Shown: positions 24,310-36,668 of the stretch, in pieces
How the letters are laid out: every line of letters begins with the position of its first letter
Position numbering within the stretch: the stretch's first letter is position 1
NCBI GenBank assembly: GCA_008632985.1
Contig: QPGO01000038.1
Coordinates: 273,939 to 337,938, forward strand
Length of the DNA: 64,000 bases
Source of the DNA: Psammoneis japonica
Lineage: Eukaryota
Direction: 5' to 3'
Notes under the pieces: generated by a model
What the model was told of the DNA's origin: nothing
The model's database searches: none
The model's input: only the letters and a program-made list of their open reading frames with translations
Position numbers and translations under genes: made by a program

Positions 24310-25900
24310 TCGCCTTGATTTTTGCAATCGTCACATAGTTGATAAGTTCAACAATATCGATCCCTTCCTCCTCACTCTCAATGTCTGTCACTGCAACAAG
24401 AGTCGCGCGTCCTCTTCCGTGAGACACGGCTCTCCGAGATATTCCAATGCGTCGTCAATCTCGCCGAATTCAATGAAGTCGTTCCCATCTGCATCAACAA
24501 AATCAAAGAACTTAGATATGCTCTTGAGAATTTCGACAAGCGCCCATGATACCATTGCAAATGCTACAAACTCCTTCTGTTCAATACTGTTCGATCTGTC
24601 AAAATCCATGAGACCAAAAACAAGGGTAGCGAAGCGTTGTCCCGTCCTATCGTTCAAGCCTGCGGCTTGCAAAGAAAACAAAAAATCGTCCTCATAGACA
24701 TGTCCTGTCTTTTCCACATCTAAAGCAAGAAATATCTCCGACCAGCACCCTGGACCCAAGCATTGCTTTCGTTCTTCTTCACGAAAGCACAAAAGCATTG
24801 TTTCCATCTCTTTTTAGCAGCTTGAAGCTTGCCTTATCCTGTTTGGGTGCCTCTTCGGTAAGAACAGCACTCGACAACTGCCTTGGATCTTTTCACTTCC
24901 TGCTGTAGGTTGGCTTGAAGATATGCGCATTCTCAGGGTATAGGGCTCCTCTGAGAAAGTTGAATCCGTCTCTCACCTTTCTGAGATGATCTTCCGCAAC
25001 AGTCATGGCACTCGAGGGAACGGCAACAACCAGAGAAGTTGTACCCTCAAGTATGATGAATGTAAAGCGACCACACAAAATGGCAGAGTCATGACTGGTA
25101 GGCCAAACGGCTAAAGAATTTGAAGGGGTTTGTTGACCAAAAACTGTCATGACTCCAGCTAAAGTGCCCATGATCAGTGTGCCATATGACGGATTGTAAA
25201 ATATGAGCATTGCTGTAAACAAGATACTGGAATTGAGACCATAGATGTCAGACTCGATCGCTTTGCCTGTAACCACGATTCCAAAAAAAAACAAGTACTC
25301 GACCCCTGCCAAGAAGTGTCTGAGCATTGCTCTTCACAGCCCCCACCAAAAGCAAATACAAGACAGTATAATCCTAACACGACTATAAAGAAGAGAGTCG
25401 ATAAAAGAAGTGTAAACAAAGAGACGAAAGGAATGAATAAACATCAAAATACGGGTCGGCATCAGTCACAAAATAACAGACAACATACACAAGACAGGGG
25501 ATGCTTTTCGTATCTATATTAAAGAGATACCAGCAATGGTACGCATCAGAGGAGGTGCAGGGAACGAAAAAACATCGGATTGTGGGTCGTGCAAAATCCC
25601 ATTTTGCGATCTTTCGTGTCAGTGTGATGGTGCAATATTTCTCGCCACAAAAACAAACACCAAGCCTACACAAGACAGGGGATACTTTTCTTGACTATGG
25701 TCAGTCGATACCAGCAAAGGTAGTCATCAGAGGAAGTGAAAGGGACGAATAAAGATCAAAGCATGGGTTTTGCCGCTCAAAAATGGCCAAAACAACAGCG
25801 AAAAGACCCATGTTTTGACATCCACACAACCGACCACAACTCCGTTTCTCGCCAAACCAAGGGACTCACCTAACAAGTCGACCTCCTAAAAAAGTAATAT
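24310..25900 (-). pseudogene. Fragmented urea-transporter (UT/SLC14-like) gene with C-terminal EF-hands
   Basis: 'IYGLNSSILFTAMLIFY' and 'FIILEGTTSLVVAVPSSAMTVAEDHL' resemble the UT C-terminal half. Downstream EF-hands are DVEKTGHVYEDDF, DFDRSNSIEQKEF and DADGNDFIEFGEI. Many stops and frameshifts. Confidence 0.5.
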
Positions 25901-26340
25901 CCGTGTCTTCAATGAACGAAAACGATGAAGAAAAGCTCAAGCAAGGCCGAGTGTGGGTCGGCTCGCAAAGCGTCATCTCTCAAAAAAAACAAAAAACATC
26001 ATCAGCAGGGATATGTAGGAGTAGATCACGCGAAAGCCAATAGTTCTTTTTTATTTATCAGAAAAAGCTCGTAAAATTTTCAATCGTGTGCACCTAATAC
26101 GGGAGAGACCGCGTCCGACCCGCCCGCGATGACGAACCCGCCGCTCCCATACGAATACCATATAGACCCTCCTCCTGCGATCGACTGACTCATCACTCAA
26201 TTTCACATCAAACGGTTGTCATGCACCGGAGGCAACACATTCTCCTTATTGCTCTGCTGTTCTAGTGTTTACCGGTACGGTATTTGCATTCTTTGATCTC
26301 TTGGAGAATACCAGGAAGAAGCTATTAAGACCATACGAAA

Positions 26341-27640
26341 ATGATCAAGAGTTCATTATTTGTTCACAGTACCATTGTCGCAATCCTCGTTCTCCCTTTC
26401 GTGGGAGTTGGGGCATTTTCATTTGGACCGCCATCTTCATTTTACAATGGACCAACATCCAGAATGTTTTCGCTTGGAGGTTTACATGCTGTACAAGGTG
26501 AAACAGAAGCGGACGTGGATTCAGAGCTGCTGGAGCAGATTCGGTCCATGCGCGTAAAGGAACTCAAGGTTGCGAGTTTCTACTGCCGATGTTTTTGAAA
26601 AGGATGAGCTGGTGAAGCGTCTTTATCAGGCCCGGAAAAAGAAAGGAAAGAGCTCTACAACGAATGCCAGCAGCAGTAGCAGACAGGATGACAGTAGTGT
26701 TGTCCGTGCGCCACTCTTCTTTGCCTCTGTGGATGTTGGTATGAATGTGGCGGCGGTAAACCGAGGTGGGCTGACAATTCAACCTGCAGCACAACCGTAT
26801 GCTGCCATACAAATTGAACTAAAAGGAGGCCTCTACAGTTTGACCTTGTTGTTAGACACGGCATGTTCTGGATTGGTGCTTAGACCATCAGTCGTGCGCT
26901 CGTACAACCTGCCAACAATGAAAACACCCGTTACAATGACGGCCGCCGGTGGTACCAATAGCAACACGGGTCTCACCCAAATCGATCGGTTTCTCTTTGG
27001 GAAAAATACGTTTGGCCCAGTCCCTGCGGCTGTCCAAGACATTGGCGCCCTCCCATCCTCTCTGGATGGAATCATGGGGCTCTCGTTTCTAAATCAGTTT
27101 GCATGTTTAGACTTGGATTTTCGAGATGGATCAGTTGCACTGTACAAGACAGAACGCCGACCATCCATCCCTGAAGGTCTTGATATTGTCGCAGAAGCGG
27201 AAATGAACCCCACTCGTCTTGCCGTTTACACTGTGGATGTCATGTTGGATGGTCGCGGACCCGTTAAGATGCTTGTGGATACCGGCGCATCATCATCCAT
27301 ACTGAACTGGAAGGGAGTTGCCGACCTTGGGTTGACAAGACAGTCACGTCAGGTTTCCAAGATAGACACGCCAATGGGAGCAATTGGCGTGGACAACGTT
27401 AGTATGGAACTCACACATCGATATGAAACAAAGCACTTTAACCTTGGTATATCATCCAGGCTACCTGGCTCTTCGATGAAAGGTGTAGGGCTACCTATCG
27501 ACATTGGCGATATCCCGGTGTTGGAGAATATGCGAGCTGATAATGTTGGAGGTATACTTGGAATTGATATGCTGATGCGTTTTGGGGTGGTGAGGATGGG
27601 GTTCAAAGGCCCGATTCCCAGGATTGTGCTATTAAATTAG
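26341..27640 (+). CDS. Plastid-targeted protein with two retropepsin-like aspartyl protease domains; frame break near 26570
   Basis: Signal peptide ending 'VGVGAF'; 'LLLDTACSG...DGIMGLSFL' and 'MLVDTGASSS...GGILGIDML'; 'MRVKELK' joins 'LRVSTADVFEKDELVKRL'. Confidence 0.85.
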
Positions 27641-27991
27641 AATACAAGTCCTACCAGAAAATGATTGATGCTCTATGCGGAGCAACAAGTTCACCGTCAC
27701 AGATTTGAACCTCTTGAAGACTGCAGTGAATCCTACGTCACGTCGGATCAGCCATTACCTTTCCTCCGTGTTGGTATTATATCTTGATTGACAATATAGT
27801 GCTGCATCTGAGAGCAAGATCACGTACGATGAGGGTCAGTATTGTGGCTGCTTACCGCGACGACGTGCTTGTTCTGATATTAAGGCTATACTTTTCTCGT
27901 TTCTCTCTACCTTGCATAGGTGCGATATACTCAACATTACTTTACAATATACAAAGTGGGTACCAACAAGAACTCATGATCGACTCCGACG

Positions 27992-28498
27992 TTACACTTC
28001 CTCGAGGGAAGCTACACAGTTGGACACGTTCCGAAAGTATTCGAAGGGCCCGGCCTTGAGAATGGTGCAGATGGTATGCGCCAATTCTGGAGCATCTAGC
28101 ATGTGGTTACGACCCTCATTTTCTCCGTCAAGACGTCGTCCTGGGCACAATCTGCATCTTCCAGCAATACGCGTCGCTCCACCATAACTACTTCCTGGTA
28201 AGAGACGATGGAACAATGGGTGGAGAGCACCACGAAGAAGGCTGCGACGACCGTTATTCTCCATGTCAGAGGTGTCAACTGCCTCAGCAAGGAAGTCTTC
28301 GTCGGCATAGACTTCGTTCCAGGCCTCGAGGATAGCCATGTTAAGGAACAGTTTTTCCATCTCGGATGGGGGAACGGCGACGGTGTTTTCAAAGCTAAAT
28401 TCTGCGTTGCGGACTGCGAAAGTCTCGGACTCGGCTGCTACAAGGCCTGGGAGATGTAGCAAGGCAAGAAGGGCACAGGCACAGGTAACGAACTTCAT
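27992..28498 (-). CDS. Secreted protein of unknown function
   Basis: Signal peptide MKFVTCACALLALLHLPGLVAA; RRSLLRG and RRL putative processing sites; CRLC motif; normal codon composition. Confidence 0.7.
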   Translation of the reverse strand: MKFVTCACALLALLHLPGLVAAESETFAVRNAEFSFENTVAVPPSEMEKLFLNMAILEAWNEVYADEDFLAEAVDTSDMENNGRRSLLRGALHPLFHRLLPGSSYGGATRIAGRCRLCPGRRLDGENEGRNHMLDAPELAHTICTILKAGPFEYFRNVSNCVASLEEV

Positions 28499-28631
28499 TT
28501 TGGATATCTCGGTGATTTTAACTTGAATGGATTCTAAAGAAAAAATTGTGAGACAAGGTGTGAACTTTGCACAGCTGCAATTTGCGGGTTGCAGATAGTG
28601 CATGATTCATTCTCCAGCTTGCAAGCTCGTG

Positions 28632-29006
28632 TGCATGCTTAGCTGCTGCACATTCTAGTACAGGCTTACCGAGTCATGCATTTTCCCTCGATACACGATG
28701 CGCAGACCAGCATGTACGGGCGTCAATCATGAAAGCGAGCTACTACAGGCTACATGCTCCTGTGCATGCTTGGCTGCTGCACATTCTCTACTAGTATAGG
28801 CCTACGGAGTCATGTATTTTCGCTCGACCCGGCATGTACGGGCGTCAATCATGAAAGCGAGCTACTACAGTTTACATGCTCCTGTGCATGCTTGGCTGCT
28901 GCACATTCTCTCTAGTACTCCGTATATGCCTACGGAGTCATGCCTTTTCGCTCGATTCATGATGCGCAGACCAGCATGTACGGGCGTCAGTCATGCAAGA
29001 AAGCTA
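28632..29006. repeat. Tandem repeat, ~3 units of ~120-130 bp
   Basis: GTGCATGCTT(A/G)GCTGCTGCACATTC...GAGTCATG...GCATGTACGGGCGTCA recurs three times. Confidence 0.9.
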
Positions 29007-31829
29007 CACTCTCTACTACCGTACAGATGGGCAATGAGGCAGATAGAGGAAGACAATCGAGCCACGACTGGGAGCCAAATAATTTTCATCGAGAATGTCA
29101 AAATTACAAATTATCTCTTTTCCACGTCTGATAGACCCCCCCTGATTCGTGGTTTCTACCGTACCGTATCTGTTCGGTCGCACGCAGATCTTGTGTCAGT
29201 CGTGTTGACGACGGCTAACGGACGGACGTGTTGTTCGCCGAACGATGCGTAAGCACGCAAGCCCAAGGGAAATAACAGAGGCCGATCAAAACGATGCTGC
29301 ACGCAGTTCACGCATGACCAAACATTTCTGTACACCATGATGACCTCACACCTCACCGCAGACACAAAAAACACAGAACCACTGCATGATTTTATCACCT
29401 CGACCTCCCTGTGACAACCGCATTCATGTCGGCTAGTGTACTGAACCGAAATATATATATATTTTCAAGTGGGACACTGTGTAGAGCAATGCGATGTTGA
29501 GAACTTTTCTGTTTCTAACTGCTGCTGCATGTGGTGGCTCGCACACATACCCTTCTTTCTCACTCTCAAATGTTGATTGACAAAGTAGTTCCGTGTCAGC
29601 GATGAACGGAGCACGGCTAGTATGTGACGGGCTCCATATTCACCTCTCCCGCGTTGACAAGCAACATGGGAATAAGTTGGACCCGCGGCATAGCAATCAT
29701 AATACATGATCCATGCTGGTTCAGCGCAGATGGGGACTAATGCCGCAATGAGTTTTGTGTTGGCCGAGCAAAGGTGTAGGAGGAGGAGAAAGTTTTCTTA
29801 GCAACTGGATTGTTGATACAAAAACTGGGGGGACGCGTCAGTACGTATTATGCTGCCATATATACGCCGAATACACCTAATTCGTATGGCTTGAAGAAGG
29901 AAACGCATGTTGTTCGATTAGAGCTGATTGACAAGTACGGATCGACGAATGGAGTCCACTTTGTGGCTGAAGACACGCTAGTTGTTTGGACGCCCGCGTA
30001 ATATCTCGCGAGAATGAGACCCAAGTTCGACCGATGGGTCAGATCCAAAAGACACAAATCTCAAGCCGTAGTCGAGGTGTTGCAGAATTGAACCATGAAC
30101 CAAATCCCTTGGCAACCAAAACATTCAAGCGGCCGAGTCTCCCATGAAAATCGTTGTCTGCTCGACACATTTTACCATCACTTGAGCAATATCTTGACGT
30201 ATCCACCAGAAATCGACCCATCGTATTACTGTGAACCTAGCACCCTTGGTCACCACCGCCATATACTCAGCGAGACATTGAATTTGGGAGGAGGAGTACA
30301 TTCAGTATTAAAAGTGTCGAGGAAAGAGCAAGTTAAAGAAAGCGGGTGTGTTGATCGTAAACGATACATCAATGAGTCTCGACGATCAGCCCCGCTATAG
30401 ATGGGGGGCTTGAAGCGAGTGTAGAATCCGGCACCGACACACTTTCAGAGTGTGCTGCTCTTTTGTCACTGTCCAGAAAGATTAAAACAACAAGCTGCAA
30501 TGAACCGATCCTGTAGATGCTGGCTCAATGATAATTCATGACTCACCAAAAGCACAAGAACACCGGCCTGGATCGGAGAAAATACTTCAACAAGTCACGA
30601 TGAGTGCCCCCTCGCCAGGAGACCCACAAGTGCGAAATTGAATGCAGCGGTTAGCCACGGATTGACCAGATTCAGTGGATCATCAACCGAAAGACTGTCA
30701 TGAATGACAATTGAATGAGCCAAGTCAGAGCAATGTCTCCTCCTATTTGCATGGCTTGCCCGTCGCGCAACTTCTTTTCGTCCTCTGTGTTCGCAAACAT
30801 AGTTCGCTTCACAGCTAAGTGCCTGCATGACTTCGCCTGACACAGGAAAGAAATTGCTTTCCCCTGAGCCTCCTCATATGGCTCGTCGGCGAGTCGCTCG
30901 TGGTCCAGAGCCAGGAGAAGCCAATATCTGTCACCTTCAAAAACCAATGTTGCAGCACCCTGTCATCTGATGCGACAAGCTCCATGCTCTGGTAGCTACA
31001 GAGCCTTACGGGAGGTACTAGCTACTGCTCTCTACTACTCCCAACTGGGAAATCTGACTCTCCAGCTACTCGATGCTGCCCTTACAAGGAACGTGAGTTG
31101 GCTAGCTAGTGTCCAGTCCCGAGCGAGTATCTTCTGCGTGATTGCGCCGTGATGTTGATCGACCGTTGATAGCACGTGGACAGAGTACAACTTTACATCT
31201 GCTGTCGCTGCTTTGGACAGCAGTGGGCGATGGCAAGGACGGCAACGACTCCCTATGTGCATCACTGTGATGCAGCTTCTGTCTGTGAGATATCACCCGT
31301 TGTGCTCCATACACCGATGGATGCACAAATGGTATCCTTTTTGCCTCTGTCTTTTTCTTTGGGATCGCACACTCTTTGGCTACCTGACCCACATTCGTGA
31401 CAATGTGGCTATCGGAGCCTATTATCTTCCATACAGTTGCTGTGTCTTTGGCTGCTTGTCCATAATCATAATTGCGCTCTCTTTCGATTTTGTAACTCTG
31501 GCAACGAGGGCGGCGATCTGAAGAGCGTTGGCGCTGTTGTGTTTACGGATCTTATGATTCTCCTTGCCTACATGGTACGCGAGCAGACTAGACAAGTTAT
31601 GTTTGCCCTATATCGATCTCATTGTGTTTCCTTTATTCTTTCTTCGTTAACCCAAAGGAAACTCTCGCCGCTGCTCGTTTCAGGACGACAATGTAAAAAC
31701 AACTCAAGCTAGCCTATAATTTTATCTGAATCAATGGGCTCGCAAGCTTGCTACAGACGGTCAAAAACGGATTGTCCACTCCAATCACAGCTTTGGCCTT
31801 TTTGAGTCAAAAGTGCGTCCGAGTCTCGC

Positions 31830-32920
31830 CAAGTCATCATCTTTCGACCGCCTCCCAGGTACTTATCGTATAACGAGCAAAAATCCATGTAATAAAGCCA
31901 GCTTTCGGACCGAAAGGGAGCCAAACTCGACTCAAAGAGCCCCCGGGGGTGTTGTGCTGCGTGTTGTAGTCGAAAGCGCTATTATATCCCTGAAAGCTGA
32001 AAGATGCGGAGTCGATTCTGATACAATCACTAAAGAATCCAGTGAACGCGCAATGATCAGATTGGCTGAAACTTTTCGGATCTGGCAAAACGTGCGAGCA
32101 ACGAAATCACGAGCGCTGATGATAAATGTTGTGTTTTATGTTGGACGTAGGAGCCTCGAGGGGTCTTTTGAAGGTGCAGGTCCTTGATGTGGCGCAGCCG
32201 TAGAGCTGTACCATGCAGAGGATGCCAAATCTCACAAGAAAGTAAGCGGCAGCTATGTTCTTCAACCCTAGCAGAGCGAGTCGTTTGGACGGTATCTTTT
32301 TTCCAACCGATGCGTTGCTAGCTATACCAGCGAGTACAAATGCTTTGGCTTGGATTTTCGGATAAAAGGACTCACGATGATAAAACCTGGAATGTGTGCT
32401 CGGCTCACATCCTACCAAGAAGCGCAATCTATGTCAACTACAACCGCTTCGAAGAACACGATCTCAGTCGGTAAGTTTCTTCGTAGCAAGGTTTGATGTT
32501 TGTCTGACATTGCACAAGGCCAGTTCTGCTGCTGTTGCCATGCTTTGTGGCTCATAAGGTTGTTACTCAAGGCGGTCTGCGTCTTGACGAAACTGTTCAA
32601 TGTCCTTTTTCACACGCGAGTTCGAGCGAGTGAAGGAAGTTTCGATTGTAACGGGCTCTGTCGGAGAATTGCTGAGTGCCATTGCATGAAGATCTGCTAC
32701 GCCACCTCTGTAATTTTTTTGGTAGAAGATCGAGGCGGATCGTCTGACGGGAGCTCCATAAGGTACGCACTTGGGGGCATTTCTCGATTCGAGGTTGACT
32801 GAAGGTGGATACGAGTCATCATTGGTGGCGTCTCCAAGGTTGTTTTCAGTGCTTTTCCTCGCGGCGCGTCTTGTTCCTTGTTGCTCCCACGTCAAGTACG
32901 ATATCTTGTTCCGGAGCATT
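31830..32920 (-). pseudogene. Probable fragmented gene of unknown family
   Basis: Consecutive protein-like - strand ORFs 32563..32919, 32107..32427 and 31837..32088; no motif recognised. Confidence 0.25.
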
Positions 32921-33269
32921 GCAGAATAGCGATAAGTAGATAATATTCATTACGAATGAAAACCAATGTCAGTCTCGGCCTCTGATTGTTTCTACCTACT
33001 AGAGCCTACGAGGAACCGAATGCAAACGTGCCGCAACATCCCGTCAAAACTTGAAAATCGTGACTGACTGTCGGCTTTTCTACGGGCTACTCCGGTACAG
33101 TTTCTATGCATTCACGAATGGGCCAGACGCAACAACGATAGCGACCGTCACGCTCACCACACAATTTCAAGTTTTGCTTGCATTGAAACAAACTCTTTTA
33201 TTACCAACTATCTTTATTGATACTATCACCCCCATTATGATTGCATAGATTGCACTACTCATTCTCTTT

Positions 33270-35252
33270 ATGAACCTCCTGCTACGCGTATTTCACGGTA
33301 AGCAGAACCACGGCCGAATCGTCAGCGGTTTTCTTTGGGAACTTTGGATATTCTCGAGCGTTGCAATGGATGGGATCCGCTGCATGATTGAAGACCTGGC
33401 GTCCTTCATTGTAGGAGTCTGTACAGCTCTCCTCGCTTTATATGCTGTGATACTCTTGTGTCGCTTGTTGAAGTTGATTGTTGTTCATGTCAATTTCTTG
33501 TACCGCCGAATTATGGAAATTGACGACCTGTCGACTCTTCTTTGGGATCGAGCGTGCAATGCGGTTGCGGCTTTTCTTGCGGTTGCATTGGTTGTATGGA
33601 CCGTGTATTATGCCATCTGTGTTCCCTTGCAGTTTATATCCCCATGGCTGCTGCTCTTGAAATGCAAACTATTTGGTAGCGGTCGGGTTAGATGGAGACC
33701 GGACCGAATGTTGTTTCGAGACGTTTACGATGGAGACGCTCCTCCCATTCCTACCGGCGTGACTGCTCCAAGAATTCTCCGAATCCCTCGCTACACCCGT
33801 ACGATACCCGTATTGGATGATCAGAGATTGGCTGCAGTGCTGGTTGGGTTTGACCGGAAACAAGACCGATACATTCGTGAGTATCATACGGATCCAAGGT
33901 ATGATCACTGGCGTGGCTGGGTGCGGACTCCAGCGGCCATTGGACCCGCTGAGGCTACGGACAATAACACCATTGCTGACGATGCCTCGGATATTTTGGA
34001 CATGGAACCGGCTGAGGCGACGGACAACAATCTAAATGCTGTGGAGGAAGTAGTTCCTGATATTGTTGAAGAGCCTCGGGAAGCCTTGAACGAGCCTGCT
34101 GTGACTGTCGACGACGCGCCAGATGATGCGGAGGTGGGCGTTCCCATTGCTGTAGTAGAGGAACCTGTGGCTGAAGCCTTGGATGATCCTGCAGTGGACA
34201 TGGAAGATGCCACAATTGGTGGAGAGGCAATCATTCCAGCTGCTGACGCCATGAACGATCCTGCAATTGCTGCGTACGACGAAGAGGAAGTCGTTCTTGG
34301 AGCTGCAGCCGAGGAGCCAGACGATGCGTTGGACGTCCTGGATATGGCTGCTGACGACAATCCAGTGGTGGAGGAGGCTCTAGCTGTTCCTGTAGAAAAG
34401 CATGTAAGATGGAAACCCAACCGAATGATGACTCAAGACTTTCACGTTGGTGACATTCCTCCAGTCCCAACCCGTGTGTCTGCCAAACGCGTTCTTCGAC
34501 GCGCACGTTACACCCGTGTGATACCCGTGTTGAATGATGAGCAGTTGGCTGTGGCGATGCTTGAATTTGATGCGGGTCAAGAAGAAAGCATTCATCACTG
34601 GGAATCTGATCCTTGGTGTGATCACTGGCGTGGCTGGGTACGGACTCCAGCGGCCATTGGACCCGCTGAGGCTACGGACAATAACACCATTGCTGACGAT
34701 GCCTCGGATATTTTGGATGTGGAACCGGCTGAGGTGACGGACAACAATCTAAATGCTGTGGAGGAAGTAGTTCCTGACATTGTTGAAGAGCCTCGGGAAG
34801 CCTTGAACGAGCCTGCTGTGACTGTCGACGACGCGCCAGATGACGCGGAGGTGGGCGTTCCTATTGCTGTACTAGAGGAACCTGTGGCTCAAGCCTTGGA
34901 CGATCCTGCAGTGGACATGGAAGATGCCACAATTGGTGGAGAGGCAATCATTCCTGCTGCTGACGCCATGAACGATCCTGCAATTGCTGCGTACGACGAA
35001 GAGGAAGTCGTTCTTGGAGCTGCAGCCGAGGAGCCAGACGATGCGTTAGACTTTCTGGATATGGCTGCTGACGACAACCTACTGGAGGAGGAGGATGTTG
35101 TTCCTGTTGTTGCGAGAAGCAAGGAGAAAGAAGCCCGTCCTATCCCATTGAGACGCTCACCTAGGCTCCGTCAAGCCACTGGCAGTGTCTTTGTTTCGTC
35201 TAATTCTGGGCGAGTCATGCGTAGATCCGCAAGGATCATGAGTCGCCGCTAG
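33270..35252 (+). CDS. Membrane-anchored acidic repeat protein with a 239-aa internal duplication and basic RRSxR C-terminus
   Basis: Open 660-aa ORF with N-terminal hydrophobic helices; a 717-bp period (GATCACTGGCG at 33903 and 34620); tail PLRRSPRLRQATGSVFV...RRSARIMSRR. The real start may be downstream of 33270. Confidence 0.8.
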   Translation: MNLLLRVFHGKQNHGRIVSGFLWELWIFSSVAMDGIRCMIEDLASFIVGVCTALLALYAVILLCRLLKLIVVHVNFLYRRIMEIDDLSTLLWDRACNAVAAFLAVALVVWTVYYAICVPLQFISPWLLLLKCKLFGSGRVRWRPDRMLFRDVYDGDAPPIPTGVTAPRILRIPRYTRTIPVLDDQRLAAVLVGFDRKQDRYIREYHTDPRYDHWRGWVRTPAAIGPAEATDNNTIADDASDILDMEPAEATDNNLNAVEEVVPDIVEEPREALNEPAVTVDDAPDDAEVGVPIAVVEEPVAEALDDPAVDMEDATIGGEAIIPAADAMNDPAIAAYDEEEVVLGAAAEEPDDALDVLDMAADDNPVVEEALAVPVEKHVRWKPNRMMTQDFHVGDIPPVPTRVSAKRVLRRARYTRVIPVLNDEQLAVAMLEFDAGQEESIHHWESDPWCDHWRGWVRTPAAIGPAEATDNNTIADDASDILDVEPAEVTDNNLNAVEEVVPDIVEEPREALNEPAVTVDDAPDDAEVGVPIAVLEEPVAQALDDPAVDMEDATIGGEAIIPAADAMNDPAIAAYDEEEVVLGAAAEEPDDALDFLDMAADDNLLEEEDVVPVVARSKEKEARPIPLRRSPRLRQATGSVFVSSNSGRVMRRSARIMSRR

Positions 35253-36668
35253 GCTCATAAGATGCTTGTTCTGTACCTGTGGAAGTCGAGAATGCATGGG
35301 GGCATTTCTGGATTCCAATTCCGGGTATCAACAAGCGTGTTTTCGCATCAAAGACTCACCAACATTGCACTAGTTCCTTGTGCAATTCAAAATACCATGG
35401 GGTGCATTCGTTGTGTTACGGTACATTCGTATGCACCCCCAATGTAAGTCCATTTCGTGTCTCCTCTCCATTTCATTCGAGACTTGTTTACTGACCTTCC
35501 TTTTTGTTTTCACTTCACATCATAGAAATACACCCTTTAACCGGTTCGATCACCCGACTTGAAACGATACGACAGTCTGTCTTTGTTGAAATACTAAGGT
35601 TCAAGTAACAGCGGCTCCCGCCCCGCGACTTACGTTCTTTGGAACAAAATGTGTACCAGGCATGATTGGGATTTCAACGACATAAAGACTCAGTTTGTAT
35701 CTGCTCAAGACCCGTGGAGATCAATGGACCAACCCCTTACTTTAATGTCGGACGCGGAGAATTAGAAATACACTGTAGAAAATGACAAAACAGATTCGGA
35801 CCACAAAGGATAGCGGCTTCAATGTGGTACGTATTCCGTGGCGTCTAGTAATTATTAGTAGGACCGGGGTTAACCGTCTAGCGGTACAGCAAGAAGTTGG
35901 TATTCTGATATTGCGTCGTCGGATTCTGTAAGCTAGCTTGTGAGAGCAAAAAGGATGCAACACGAACACGAGTAGATATTCCATTCAGACTCCGTGTCAA
36001 CTACCAATAGGATGGACCTGCTCCAGAATAGCGACGATTGCCACAACACCTCTGCCTTGAAAGAAAGCGAAGAAATGCCACCAGTGCCGCCCTTTCTCGG
36101 CCCCTCGGTGAGCGCTTCTTCCGACAACCTTTGGCGCCACTTTGAGGGGCGAATCTCTGTCGTGATGAAAACTCCTCTATTGTCCATTCTATCGACATTC
36201 GACGTTTCGCGATTCCAGATACGTTTCTCACATACTCATCCTTGAAACACAGAGCAGGTGCAATGAGCGACGAAACTCTTGCTGCACATATATATCGAGT
36301 TGTGTTGGTGCTTATGATACTACAATCATTGAGGTAGAGAAAGAAGGACTCGAAGCAAGACCTTTCACAGCTGCGACAACACGTGAGAGCGAAAAGGATG
36401 CATCACGAATAAAAATTCCATGCAGACGTCAACAAACAGCGGGATGGACCAGCTCTAGTAGTGTCGATTACCGCACAACACCTCCGGGGCAGAGTAAGGC
36501 CCACCGGCCGCGTCACCGCCCCCGCTCGGCCTTTCACTACCAAGTTTTGTATCATGTATCATATGGTAGCATCAAGGTACGCCTTATTCAGGCGTTGACT
36601 GACGAACTCGTCGAGCAGTATGGGAATCTGGAAAGCAATCGTCGAAGGCTTCTATGGAGTTTGAGGAA

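Noticed and set aside
26570..27640. Retrotransposon protease remnant
   Set aside because: It has a targeting peptide, two tandem domains, no gag/RT nearby and normal composition, so it is a host gene.
29800..31700. Short protein-like ORF fragments (also 40960-41640 and 56650-57400)
   Set aside because: No recognisable motif or consistent frame; too weak to call.
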